In this document: in pieces, positions 13,106 to 26,336 of the stretch
Numbering within the stretch: position 1 is the first letter of the stretch
Layout: every line of letters starts with the position of its first letter
Origin: Adineta vaga
Lineage: Eukaryota; Animalia; Rotifera
DNA length: 64,000 nucleotides
Direction of reading: 5' to 3'
Assembly: GCA_021613535.1 (NCBI GenBank)
Contig: CP075496.1
Span: 6,200,001 to 6,264,000, forward strand
The notes under the pieces: model-generated
Seen by the model: only the letters and a program-made list of their open reading frames with translations
What the model was told of the DNA's origin: nothing
Database searches by the model: none
Position numbers and translations under genes: made by a program

Positions 13106-15747
13106 ATGGACAATAATTCGGACGTACTCGCTTCGATTCAAGCAACATTACAACAAGCAGCGGATAAAAGAAAGCTACGCGAACAAGTAATTAGATTGTT
13201 TTTTCTTGTTGATCTAATGTTACATAATCAATATATATTTTTATTTATCTAGATAGTCAAATTTGAACTTGATGGACAGAAACGTGCTTGTTGTTTATTG
13301 AAAACATTTACCTATACGGATCTTTTAGAAGCGATTCAGAAATTATTTGGTAATCACATTTTATCGTCATTGGATAATATTCGATGTGTTTTTTCACGTG
13401 ATGATGCTCTACGTTTACCAATAGCAAATGATGATGACATAAAAAAAGTGATCGCTATTGCTGAAATAAATCAAGCGACAAAATTGAATTTTTTATTAAC
13501 AAGAAAAAAAGATTATCTTGGATCAAAAATCACAACAATAAAAAAAGCAACGAATGATGATTTAAGTTCCATCTCGGATGAAGGACAGCAACCTGAATTA
13601 GATGATACTACTATCGATTCACCACCACCGGGAACTATAGCACCACATAAACGACGTACAACAACGAATACACAGAGTCAATCGACATCATCAACAGACG
13701 GTGGACATTTTATACCAGAATTAGTGAGAAAAGAAAATTGATTTATATTTAAACGATTCTTCTCGTCTTTTCTCTATAGAGTGATGAAATCTATTCCAGT
13801 GGTGGATCATCAGTAGCAAGTCGAGAATCAAGTAGCAGTGAAACTAGTTCACGACGACGTTTAGCAAGTAATGATTTGATTCGAACAGGAAAAAAAACAA
13901 GTAGAATAACTCATGTCTTTTTCTCTATATCATAGCTAGTCATTTACTTAAACGTACAGGAGCAGGATCAACAATCAGTGGTAGTAGTGCATTAAGTTCA
14001 AGTAGTAATTCATCTCATACAAGTTCCAGTTCAAGTGAATCATCTGCAAGGCAATGTTCTTGTTCTGGTCATCATTATAGATGTAAATTTATCTTGAGAA
14101 AAAAATAATCATTTCTCATCTTTAATTACATTGTTTTTTTTCTCATATCTTAGCACCTCAAACACCTTCGAACTGGAAACTAGGACGACAATTAGGACAG
14201 GGTATAAAATTCTTAACATTACTGGATTATCTTTTATCTCGAATTCATTTTCAGGTGCATTTGGTAAAGTATTTCTTTGTTATGATGTTGATACCGGTAG
14301 TGAACTAGCAATCAAACAAATACCCATACGTGGATTGAATTCTGAAACTTCTCGAGTAAGTTCATCTATTTAGAATAAATGAAGATTTCTATGAATGAAA
14401 ATAGGAAGTGAAAATCCTTGAATGTGAAATCAATATCTACAAACAATTAAATCATGAACGGATTGTTCGATATCATGGTGCAGCACGAACAGAAGATTGT
14501 TTACAAATCTTTATGGAATATATGACTGGTGGATCTGTACGTGAACAAATTCTTAATTATGGTGCATTAAGTGAACAATTAACTAAAAAATATACGAGAC
14601 AAATTCTTGATGGTTTGATTTATTTACATAATAATCGTTTTGTTCATCGAGATATTAAATGTAAGTAAATTGATTGATTTTTAGAAGATAAATTATGTTT
14701 ATCTTTTTTCTATTAAGGTGCAAATATCTTAAGAGATATTTCAGGAAATATAAAACTAGGTGATTTTGGAACATCAAGAAGATTAATTGCAATTACGAAT
14801 CAGAATCAACCTGATTCGGGTACTATTGGTAAGTTGAAAGAATACATTAAAGACAAATTCAAAAGCTTCTCATGATCATATTCTGCAATTTATTTTTCTA
14901 TGGTGATGTGAAGCCCTTGTTGAACTTAGGATAAAAATAAAATCAAGTGGCATCTGATTGGGTAAAGTAGCAGAACATAAATAGATTTTATAGCTTAAGG
15001 ATAAATAATCTACTTCATCTTATTGCGCAGCGTAATAGTTTACATAGGAATATGCAAATGTGTTTTTCTCACATCATTTTTTGTCAAGTTGAAAAATACG
15101 ATTGTTTTTCAGGTCAATTATAGAAGAGAAGCCCCAGATGAAGATGAAATATTTTTTCTTTCAAGCAACTTATTACATTAGAGTATCTTCTATTCTATAG
15201 GTACCGCTCATTGGACAGCACCAGAAATAATTCAAGGAAGTATATTTGGACGTAAAGCAGATATCTGGTAGGAGACAATAGTGATCTATCAATCATATTT
15301 TTTTTAACTATCTTTGTGTCTTTCAGGAGTCTCGGTTGTACAGTTGTTGAAAGTAAATATATTCTCCTAACATTTCATTCTTCTTCGATTTAATACTTTT
15401 AAGTGCTAACTACTGGTCCGCCATGGCAAAATCTTCAACCGATTGCTGCAATATTTCATATAGCAACATGCGATAAACCACAGTAAATTATTTGTAAAAC
15501 TGTTCTATCTTAATGCTTCATATCTGATATTGAATTTAGATATCAACTACCAGAAAATGTATCTAGCCACACATACGAATTTATTGATGCTTGTTTAACA
15601 AAAGATTATCATCAACGTGCAACTGCTGAAGAATTATTTAATCATCCATTTCTAGCTGATGTTCATCTACATAATCCTTCACATCATCATCATCAGGAAC
15701 AAACTTCACCTCAACCAACGATGAATCTAACTTCGATATCATTTTAA
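13106..15747 (+). CDS. MAP3K3: MAP kinase kinase kinase of MEKK2/MEKK3 type (PB1 plus kinase domain), multi-exon
   Basis: PB1-like [15 protein letters not shown] and GGHFIPE motifs, [50 protein letters not shown]. Confidence 0.9.
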
Positions 15748-17746
15748 TTTTCTAGCAATCTCATTAATTGTTCTTGTTTATTAATCACTGAATGTTTTTT
15801 ATGATATTTTTTTATCAATAATGGACGTGATCGTTCCATTACTATTCGACCAATCTGAAAAATACAAGCATATACATACAGAGAGAAATCTTTTTCTCTA
15901 AACTTTAAGATAAGGTGGTGCAGAAGAACGAAGCAATGCTTTTTGTTGTTTCAATTCAATCATTAATTTATCTTGTTGAAGTTTTTCTCGTCGTTGCATT
16001 GTTCGAACAGTACTTTCTCGAGACTAAAATAGATCAATAAAATCTGATTGATTATAAACCTATACTTTTTCAGCTTCAAGAATATCCGAGGAATCCATCT
16101 GTTCTATAGAATTAAATAAAGTTTGAATTTTATTTTCAATAGCTTGTAACATATGAATGGTTGATAGACCAATATCATCCGAGATAATATATTTCTTATA
16201 AAGAATTTCAATTGTTTGTTTTAATTGATTGATAAAAGGATTATCTTTCGTTGTTTTATATTGACTAGAATTAGAAACTAGATAGCTAAAAATGATTTTG
16301 ATTGAAAGAATACGTTAGAAGTTTTTCACAAGCAATTTCTCGTTTGTTTTCTTGAGTAATGAGCTTTTCTAAATGATTGATTTTCTGTTGAAGTTCTTGG
16401 ATTTGATGATATTGTTCATTCTGAGTAATTGTTATTGTTGAATTAATTTTATCGAGAGTTTCAGAGGTATGTTGACTTTTTTCAACAAGTGGAAGAGATT
16501 TCTCTTCCATTTCTGTAAAGATGTTAAGTATTTGTTCTGGTTGAGTGAAATAAAGAGAAAAATCCTTAATATGAAATGAAATAAACATCGATTTGATACA
16601 TTGAAAAGATCTTTCACTTCATTGATAGTTGAACGAATGTCGAACTTGGTGCTGCATTGTTTCGGTTGGATGTGTTTGATCTTAGAAGAGGTCAGATATT
16701 TCGAGAGAAGTATTTAATTAATCATACAAACATTTGATTTGAAGAATCGATTGATTGATTATTCAATTCTAAAGAATGTACAATTTAATTTCAATTAATT
16801 TTTATCCGAAATTGTTCTATTCAATTTACGTTTAGATTCGAAATCTTTGAGAATATCATTACGCCATTCCTATTAATAACGTTTTGATAAAATGAATTTT
16901 ATTCAAAACAACTAACTTCAGGTGCAAATTTAAATAGAAACTGTTGATAACGACGTAGTTGTTTTAGTAAATCTATCAAATGATTTCGATCGTTGTGATA
17001 AGTCAAAAGAGCCTTTTGTAATCGTTTAATTTCATTCACCAATTCTTCTTTTTTCAAAGTTTCTTCATCCGCACTATAGTTTCAATATATATATATAATA
17101 TCTTTCGTTAACAATAAAAAAAACTGTTCAATTACCGAGCAGCTGCATCACTAGCATTTCGATTCCATGTATCAAGAAATTGATCAAATAAGGCTAAATC
17201 TTCCGTAATATATTTTTCTGATTTCACTAATGTACGTTCTTCATTACGTAGATCATTTTCTAATCGATCGATTTCATTATTCTTGACATTAATTGTATAC
17301 TTAATCGAGAATTTAGATTTCTTCATGATTAACTATAACATTTGAATTCATATTTACTTGTAATGTAAATAATTCATGATTTTTTTTAAGATAATCTTGT
17401 AAACTTTTATGGCCTCTTCGTTGATCTAGAACACAAAAAGAAGATATTGTACAAGAATGTATAATTTTACTTTGTGTTTGTTTTATAATCCATGCTCGAT
17501 CGACGTTGCTTAGTAATTGATCAGATTCAAAGGACTTGAATTGCGTATCATCGAGAATAGGAAGAGAAATTCTAATAATACATACTTTTGTTGAAGGTGA
17601 TTCATTAAGAATCGAATGCATTTCATCCGAACACAAATTTGGATCGTTATTTTTTTCTTTAATATCATTGCTTCGTTTCTACAGAGAACAGATGAAAGTA
17701 GAAATTGTATTGAGTAAATATGATCATACATGACTCTTTTGTTCAT
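15744..17746 (-). CDS. CFAP100: Cilia- and flagella-associated protein 100 / CCDC37-CCDC38 family (DUF4200), multi-exon
   Basis: DYLKKNHELFTLQYTINVKNNEIDRLE...EDLALFDQFL, LYFTQPEQILNIFTEMEEKSL and C-terminal GRIVMERSRP match this coiled-coil family. Start codon approximate. Confidence 0.8.
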
Positions 17747-18673
17747 GTACTTTATTTTGCCAATCACATAGATCGAATTGAACAGTATGTAATAATGAAT
17801 TGGATGTTTTCTGATTTCTCTCTATGTATAATACTTTTACTGTGATGAAAAATGCCGAATTTATATTTTATATACTCGATAGATTGTCATGCTCTTTAAG
17901 TTGTTGTTCTATTTTTTTGAAAAGCATCATTACACTAAAATTTTATTAAAATCTAATAGCCGCCATCTGTCCTTAATGAAATTCGGATATATTGTAATTA
18001 TCAAAAATGTTACCGGTAATACCCAAGGGTTAACAAAAGTATATTAAATTTTCAATCATGATCGAACAATGTACTGTCTTACATGTTGTTTCCTCCGCCA
18101 TTTCCGTTAGTCGAAAAAATAAAGTAGAATGTCTTGTTTCTTTTTCAGTCTATTCAATCAGTAATATCGTTAATTGAATTTGTAACATATCGAATCGAAA
18201 ACATATATTCATATATATATATATATATATTTATTTATTTATTTATTTTAAATGAACTTTTTAAATATAATATATGACACACTCAACAGACAAATACATC
18301 GAAAGTTTTAAATTAAAATTGAATGAATAAATAGTATATGTGACTTATTCTTGAACATTATATGGTTTGTTTTTGCGACCAAATATCATTACTTAGCGAA
18401 ATTATTCGAGAAGAAAAAAAAAGAACATAAACGGGTTTTAGCCAAATGCGAATAGCGATACAAAGAAAAAAAAGAGAATAGACTAGGATCATATTGAATA
18501 TATGTATATGGAATGCTAATCACATATGAGTTAAAAGAATTTAAAATGGTTTAGAAGAAATACACACATTGAAGAACAACATTGATAAAAAGAAAAGAAA
18601 AATTTGGATTTTCATACAGATATAAAGATATTCCGAAAAGAAATTTATGAAATACAGACATTTATTTTTCTCA

Positions 18674-20463
18674 TTATTGACCTTCTTGATTATCTTCGGC
18701 ATCTAAACCACGTGTAATCTTTGAAAAATCAAATGGTTCACCCATATAACGACGATAAACATCAAGAATATCAAGACAAGTTGATTCAAAATGTGTTGTC
18801 GCATCATATGAACTTGTAATGAATAACTAAGAAAAAGAAATTAGAAAATATATTCGAAATAATCAAGAAATCTTGATTTATTTACTTTGCTTTTTGTACC
18901 ATCATCAACGGGCTCATATAAATCACTAACCGTTACAAATTTTTGAAAGATTGGTTCAAGAAGTGCCAAACCAGGTTTTATTTCATTTTCCGGATTATTT
19001 GTTTCAACTGTTGTACTAACCAAAGCAACATACCATTCTTTTGGTGTAACCATATTTGTTTGACCCATACAACAAACATAAATATCTACATTAAAAAACA
19101 ATACAATGAATTATCTTTATTTCAATAGGAGGAATTATTTCTTCACATTACCATTATGACGTTGAACTTGTTTTTGAGGAATGATAATTTGTACGGAACC
19201 AAGTGGTGTATTAGAACCAACATTAACTGGATGTCGTAGAAGACAAATTGCTCGAATAACTTGACCAACTTTCTTAACTTTATCAGATGCATAGGATGGA
19301 TCACAAATAACAGCTTTACAACGTGCTGTTTGATCACCTGAACGAACACCAACAACGACACCATTTTCATACACGATTTCATCAGCTGGTTTATCTAACA
19401 TATATGTTCCACCATAGATAGCACTCAAACTACAAAATAATAGATTACAAATAGTTTCTTATCTTCATTTTATTTACCGTGCAAAACCTTGAGGTAATTC
19501 ACCAAGACCATAGAGTGGATAAAGATATGGTGATTTACCATAACGTGCCAATGATTCACTGTATAATTTAATACGTTTAATTGATTCAATAACTGGTTTT
19601 TCCAAATAACTAAATACGATAATGGAATTTATATCGAATGAGTTTTAATCGAAATGACTTACTCATCATCACTATAGAGCGCTAATGCATGACCGGTAAA
19701 ATCAATTGTATCTTGATCAAGACCAAATTTTTTGAATGCATCAATCATACGAGTATTTGGTGGTACATCCTTGTATGTTTTTGGCTCGTTTTCATCATAC
19801 TCATTGGCCCATACAAGTAAATTACGAAAACGACGTTTTTCAAACAAACCCATTAATGCTAAAATAAAACAAACTCATAATAGATACAAATTTTGTGACA
19901 AAATGGAAGTTCTTACAAGATGCAAGTGCTTCTCGTTCATCAGCTGGTACTTTATGAACTTTTTGACCTTTATAAACATAACTACCTTCAATACATTTAA
20001 ATTCAAGATAACGAGTAACACCCGTATGAATTAATAATTTTACCAAAAGACCTACAAAACAAACCAAATAATCATCGAATAATAATATCATTGAATTTTA
20101 CCATTAGCCATGAGAAATTTTGGAATTAAATCAACATTCCAATCTCGGCCACGTCCTGTATCCGCTGGTGGCGATGATAAATTGAATTTTGAATAAAGCT
20201 TTCAATTTATAAAAATAGATGAAGACATTTTTTAAGAATAAAACAATATTCTTACATCTTCCAATGGTGTCATTGATGCTGATTCTCCACCATAATATTT
20301 ATTACGATCCATATGTAGAATTTTTTTACCAGCAACACCAAGTAAACCAGCCAAAACACATTCCTAAAATTGAATTGTTTATCAAAAGAAGTCAATCGAA
20401 GAAATTGATTATTCATACCTTTAAACCTGTGCCTAATAAGATCACATCATATTCTTCATCCAT
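18674..20463 (-). CDS. GDI1: Rab GDP dissociation inhibitor, multi-exon
   Basis: [64 protein letters not shown]. Confidence 0.97.
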
Positions 20464-22167
20464 TGCAGAAAACTTTGTATTTTAAGAAAAGATAAAAAAG
20501 AAATGAATTGACTACTTAATCTGAAAAAGAAAAAAAAAGATAATACGCAATTTAAAAAAGAAAGATAGAAGAACTATCGTTCTTTCATTGATGAAACGAT
20601 GTATATGTTTGTTCTAAAATGAAGAGAAGTTTATAGCAGTAGCACACAGGTGGTGAAACAAGTGGCGACAAATGCATTATTTTAGCACACTTTGACTTTT
20701 TTTTTTATTTTTATCAATATATAGGACAGATACAGCTATATTTTCATTGGTAGAAAGCTTCTTGATAAATACTGACATCTTCAAAAATAAAATAAATATC
20801 AATCGATATGAACGAATGTAATGTAAAGGATATTTTTTAAATCGGAGCAGAAATTCTAAATTTATTATTAGGAAACCAATTGAAAATTCATCAGTTGAAT
20901 TAGTAATCATCATCAGCAATGTATTTTGTGGTTTGCTCACTATAATCAATATTTTCTTATAATCGAATTTCATACAGAATATATGTATGACATGAGAAGG
21001 TTAATAACATTTTTATTTTTTCTGTCCTTCATAGAAGGCGAAATAAATGATTAGTGCATTTAATAAATATAAATAAAGGATACACGTTTGCAAAAAAAAA
21101 CAATCTTCGAATCATCATTTCGTGTATAAATAAACTTAAATATATACGTGCATAATATAAGTTCCATTATGTATTATTGCTGATTTTGGAATCATTTGAA
21201 ACATAACAAAGAATAAATCATCCATGAAAATATGAACAATGGACGTGCTAATTTCAATTCAAATTAAATCTTGAAGGAAATTTACAAAGTAAGCTTATTC
21301 TCGATGCAAGCATTTATAAGAATTCTAGTTTTATACGAATTAAATTCTTTGTAACTTAACATTTCAGACTGAAACATTTGTTTCAGATTGGCATCATCGC
21401 TTTCATATCGAACAACAATCGGGAAAGTCATTGATGAAAAAAAATAGTTTAATCGTCAAAGCAAAGATATCTGAATTGTTTGGTTCCTAGTTCGAGTCCA
21501 TTCAACAACGGTCATAACAAACGATTGAGTCGATGATTATATCTATTTAGATTTCTCGACTATTACTGAGAGGATCACTTGTATTAGCTCAGTATGAGAC
21601 TCAATTTATTGGTAACAAAATGAACATATGACAATGACTTGCTCTGTAGCTTAAATTTTATGTTGCATGTTTACATAACAACTACTACTCACAATAACTA
21701 CTGTGATAATAGAAGAACTTGTAACTTATATTGTCTTCTAATTTTCATCTTATTAATTGATTAATTATTGATTGGTTTGAATTTAGATATGATAAACATA
21801 ATTTGGTTTTGTTGAAAGTGATATTCGATAGGAACGATCAATGTCTGATATGAAAAAGAACTGCATAGAAAATTCAACGCAGTTACAAAAGCATAAGAAA
21901 AAAGTAGAAGTGAATCAGTAAGTAGAATATATTTGCATAGTTTAGGTTAAAAAGAAATTTTAGAAGTTTTATAATGTATGAAAGAGTTATTTCGTCATCG
22001 ATCGATATGTAGGTGTTGATTAAATTTCTTTATCAAAGAAAAAAAGAATATACATATAGTCTGATGTATGTTAGAATTTCCAACAGAACGATTGATTACA
22101 TTTCTTTTCGTTTGATTTTGATCCGCCTCGTTCTTTTCTTCTTTTCTTATGAGAATGTATAGAGATC

Positions 22168-25100
22168 ATGATTTGTTTTAGATGCTCCATGGTCAATTGG
22201 ATCAAATGCCTTTATCCGCGACAATCACGTTTTCGACGAACTATTATCTTACCGATCATTATTTTTATAATCACCACTCTTTTTCTTTATGTACTTGTTG
22301 AATACTATACTGTTATTACCGACCACAATGACACATCTTCGTCACTACCACTTGTTCTGAAAGTATGAAAGAAAAATCGATTTTTTTTCTCCTAAATTCA
22401 ATTTATTCTTTGTATTAGTCGAATTCATCGAATCTGACTTGTGTTTTACAAAAGGAAACATATAATTCAATTCGTATGGCTCCAAGTAATTATTGTAAAG
22501 AAAAACTACGAAATTTATCCTGTGAAATTCAAACAAATCCAAATTTTTATCCCGAATCATTACCACGATTCTGTCCTATTCACGGTAAACAATCAATTAA
22601 AGTTCTAAATAAACTACATCACTCAGTTTCAGATGGTCATTTTGGTGATATTATTGGTTGTGTTTCATTTGATGATAATTCAATAAATCAGACAAAGAAA
22701 AAACCATTTTTAGAAACAGACATTATATGCATCGATTATTGTTTGAAACGCAGTCTTCCATTTGCTGGTAAGATCTTTATAATTAAAAGATTTATCCGAT
22801 GACAACGTTTTTTGCTGTGGAACTATGAATTTTTTCGATTTTGTTTTTATAGAATACAATGCAATAACTTCTCAATGTATTTGTTCATTGAAGTTTCCTG
22901 ATCATGATCGTGTGGTTATACCAGATCGAAAATGTCCTGAAAATACTTTCAATTATGATACATTTGGTAAAAATGTGTCTACGCTTTATCGAACTGGTTT
23001 TCGCCATTTTGGAAATCGGTTAGAAAAACATCGTCGACCAGAAAATGATACTCCAACAGTGATTGTCTTTTTTCTAACGGTCGGTGGTCGAAAAAATCTT
23101 CGACAAATTCACCGTTTACTGCGTGCTATTTATTTAGATCAACATTATTATCTAATACATGTTGATAAAGTATGGTTCTTTTGAATGATCAAGATCTATC
23201 TCATTGAGTTTTGTTTTTAAATAGCGTGATGATTATTTGCATTATGAATTAGGAAAACTTTCGTTAAAATACTCAAATATTCGTCTAACTCGTAAACGTT
23301 ATCCAACGACATGGGGTTCGTCAACATTATTAGATGCTCATTTATCAGCTTTCAAAGATATATTCGAAGAATTCAAATGGAATTTTTCCTTCATAATTAA
23401 TTTAAGTGAAAGCGATTTTCCACTAAAGTAAGATGAATTACATTTCTGTAGAGAAAGTGAATTGTTACATGATATTTTATAGATCAATTCGAGTTTTAAC
23501 CAATGTTCTTTCAGTCTATACGCCCTACAATTTCTTAGGTCCGCACGGTCGACAACCATTTGAGTATGTACTTTTATTTGATTACTTTCGTACTATTATA
23601 TCTTCTCAATATTAATTTTAAGCTTCATCCAATCTCAGGGAATTTTTCATACATTCTATCAATGTGAAAATTTCATGTATCGACTTGATCATAGACCTTT
23701 AATCAAAAGTAATGTAGATTTACGTGATAAAAAAATAGTATTAATGAAAATAAATTTAGAAATTATCTATGATGGTGGATCAGATTGGTATGTACTAAAT
23801 CGTGAATTTGTTCATTATGTAACGTATGGTAATGATGAATTAATCAATGGTATTCGACATCTTTCCAATTATTCTTTACTTTCCTGTGAAGTTTGTCTTG
23901 ATTCAAAGAGATAAATAAGAAAATACTTGTTCCATATTTAGATGTTCTTCCATACTGTATTAACTAATAGTATTTATTGTGATACATATATTCGGAATAA
24001 TCTACGATTTGTCAATTGGGATCGAAAACGAGGGTGTAAATGTCAACATAAAAACGTTGTTGATTGGTGTGGTTGTTCGCCGGTTATTTTTAAAATGGTT
24101 GATAAACTTCGTTTTAATGTAAGATAATCAATAATAGATTGTTCTTGTTTTGAATATCTGTGTTTCTTCTTGTATTTAGCAAACAATTACTACTCCAATT
24201 TTTTTCGCACGAAAATTTGATCCAACTATCGATGAAACAATTATTGATTGGCTTGATGCAAAAGTTACAAGACAAAATATTTCTAACGGTAAATTTACTG
24301 AATAATTCATGAAAATGACATTTGTGGATCTTCTAGGTGCAGCCTATTTACAAAATATTTATCATTCATTCGATGGCATCGAGAAATTTAGTTATAGATT
24401 AGAATTATTCGATTTATTTGCACGTTCTAAACTCAACGAATATCAATCAAATCATTTTAAATTAGAACAAATTCATAATGTATTTCGATCAAGCATATTT
24501 CAAGGTTATTCATTACAATATAAATCAAGTCTGGGAGAACAAATTGAATTATTTGTCAAATTAAATTCATTAGTTGCTAAACGTTCTGATGCAGTGAAAT
24601 CATTTGATGTAAGTTATTGTGCTATTGAGATTAAATAATAGATGAATGAACGTTTTTTTTTAGGTTGGATTACAAATAGATATCAAAGAAATGGTTATAA
24701 CAGAACGTAGTCGAACATTTTTTGAACCAGAAGAAATCAAAGTAATCATTGAATGGCAAACGGTCAGAAGAAACGATACAGCATTACTTATCAAAAGTCC
24801 TGATGGTAAGATTTCTCTAATTACTAAAAGAAAAGTGTGTGGGCATTTTTTTTTTCATTAAATTTTCTAGATATTGTTGTTTATCGACTAAAACTTAATT
24901 CATCAAAGACACTCTTTGTCGTTGATATTGCATTTGCAGCAATCTCCATACCAGATATGAGAGGCGTTTGGGAAATATCGATTGTGGACATAAATACTGA
25001 AGATGTGCTGGCTTTATCGGACTTTCTAGTATTATCATCTGATAATGAACCATCGGCAACTACTAAAAATCTCAAAGTTCTAGACACATTTTGGTCTCTA

Positions 25101-25235
25101 TCAAATATGTGTTCAACAATGATGAACTCATCATTATCTAATAATTTATTACATGAAACAACTCCAATTATTCATGACTGTTTTCAACAAACATGGAGTG
25201 TTTTCTTTTTTGATAGTAAAACTAATTGGGAATAG
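22168..25235 (+). CDS. XYLT1: Protein xylosyltransferase (XYLT/oxt, GT14), multi-exon
   Basis: Type II TM anchor, WSC-like Cys domain, [67 protein letters not shown]. Confidence 0.93.
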
Positions 25236-26336
25236 TTTTTTTGTTGTTGTTGTTTGTATTAATATCGAAATAAATTCAAATAGACATATTATTTGTGTGA
25301 ATAAATTGAATATGAGAATTTATATCTTTGCATGGAACAATTTCTGACATTGAGTAAGAAAAGGAAGTCAGATAATGAGTTTTTTCTTCTTCTTGTGATC
25401 TGTTATGTAAGAAGAATGTGTAAAATGAAAGATATAGTAATCAATAGAAAATATTGCATGAATTTAGTTTTAATTACAATAAAATTTGAGTGGCTGACCG
25501 GATACAATATCAATGTAATAAGATCTATCGAAAAAAAAGCCATACCGGATTTAATTTTCTAGTTAAAATCATCCTTTACCTTAAAGAATGTATTCTTTCA
25601 CATCAATGAATCATTCAACATCGCACAATTCTAGACATGATTCTTATTCTTTAATACATTTTCGTACATAGTATTCGTTATTGTTGTTTTTCTTCTTGGC
25701 ATTCTTAAAATTGTTCAGCACGATTATCTATAACACACTCATCATTTATTCCGACCTTAATGTCGTATCGTTGGTATGTTTTGTCATTTTTCTCGTTTTA
25801 TTCGTAGAATGTTTATATTTGAACGAATCAATGTTTACTAATGACGTAAAGCTTGTGAGATCAACAAATGACATTGTCTTCGAAAAGTAAAAGCAAAACG
25901 TTAGAACGTCAAAAGTGAGATTACAGATCGATAAAAAAAAGCGAAAAGGATTAAGATTAAATTGATTCAATCGAACGAACTAGCATTAAAGCACGTTTAG
26001 GAAGATGAGAACAACCATTCAACAATCAATTGATTGTCACACAATTGTTTAACGCCTTGATATTGTTTTTTTATATTATATTGTGTAGATACAAATTACC
26101 TATGTACTAGTTTATCAAGGAAAAGAGAGAGAGAGAGAGATAGAGAAAAAGAAGGTGAGCTAGACGCGTTAACATTATTATATGTCTCGTCTTTGAACAT
26201 GTTTATTCGGTTTGATTCAACATCATTTATTATAATTGTTGTATTTAAATATATTCAATATTATCGATTAACTGACAAGAGCGAAGCAAAGAAAAATTCA
26301 TCGATTGTTGTCATTATTATTATTATTAATACGAAT

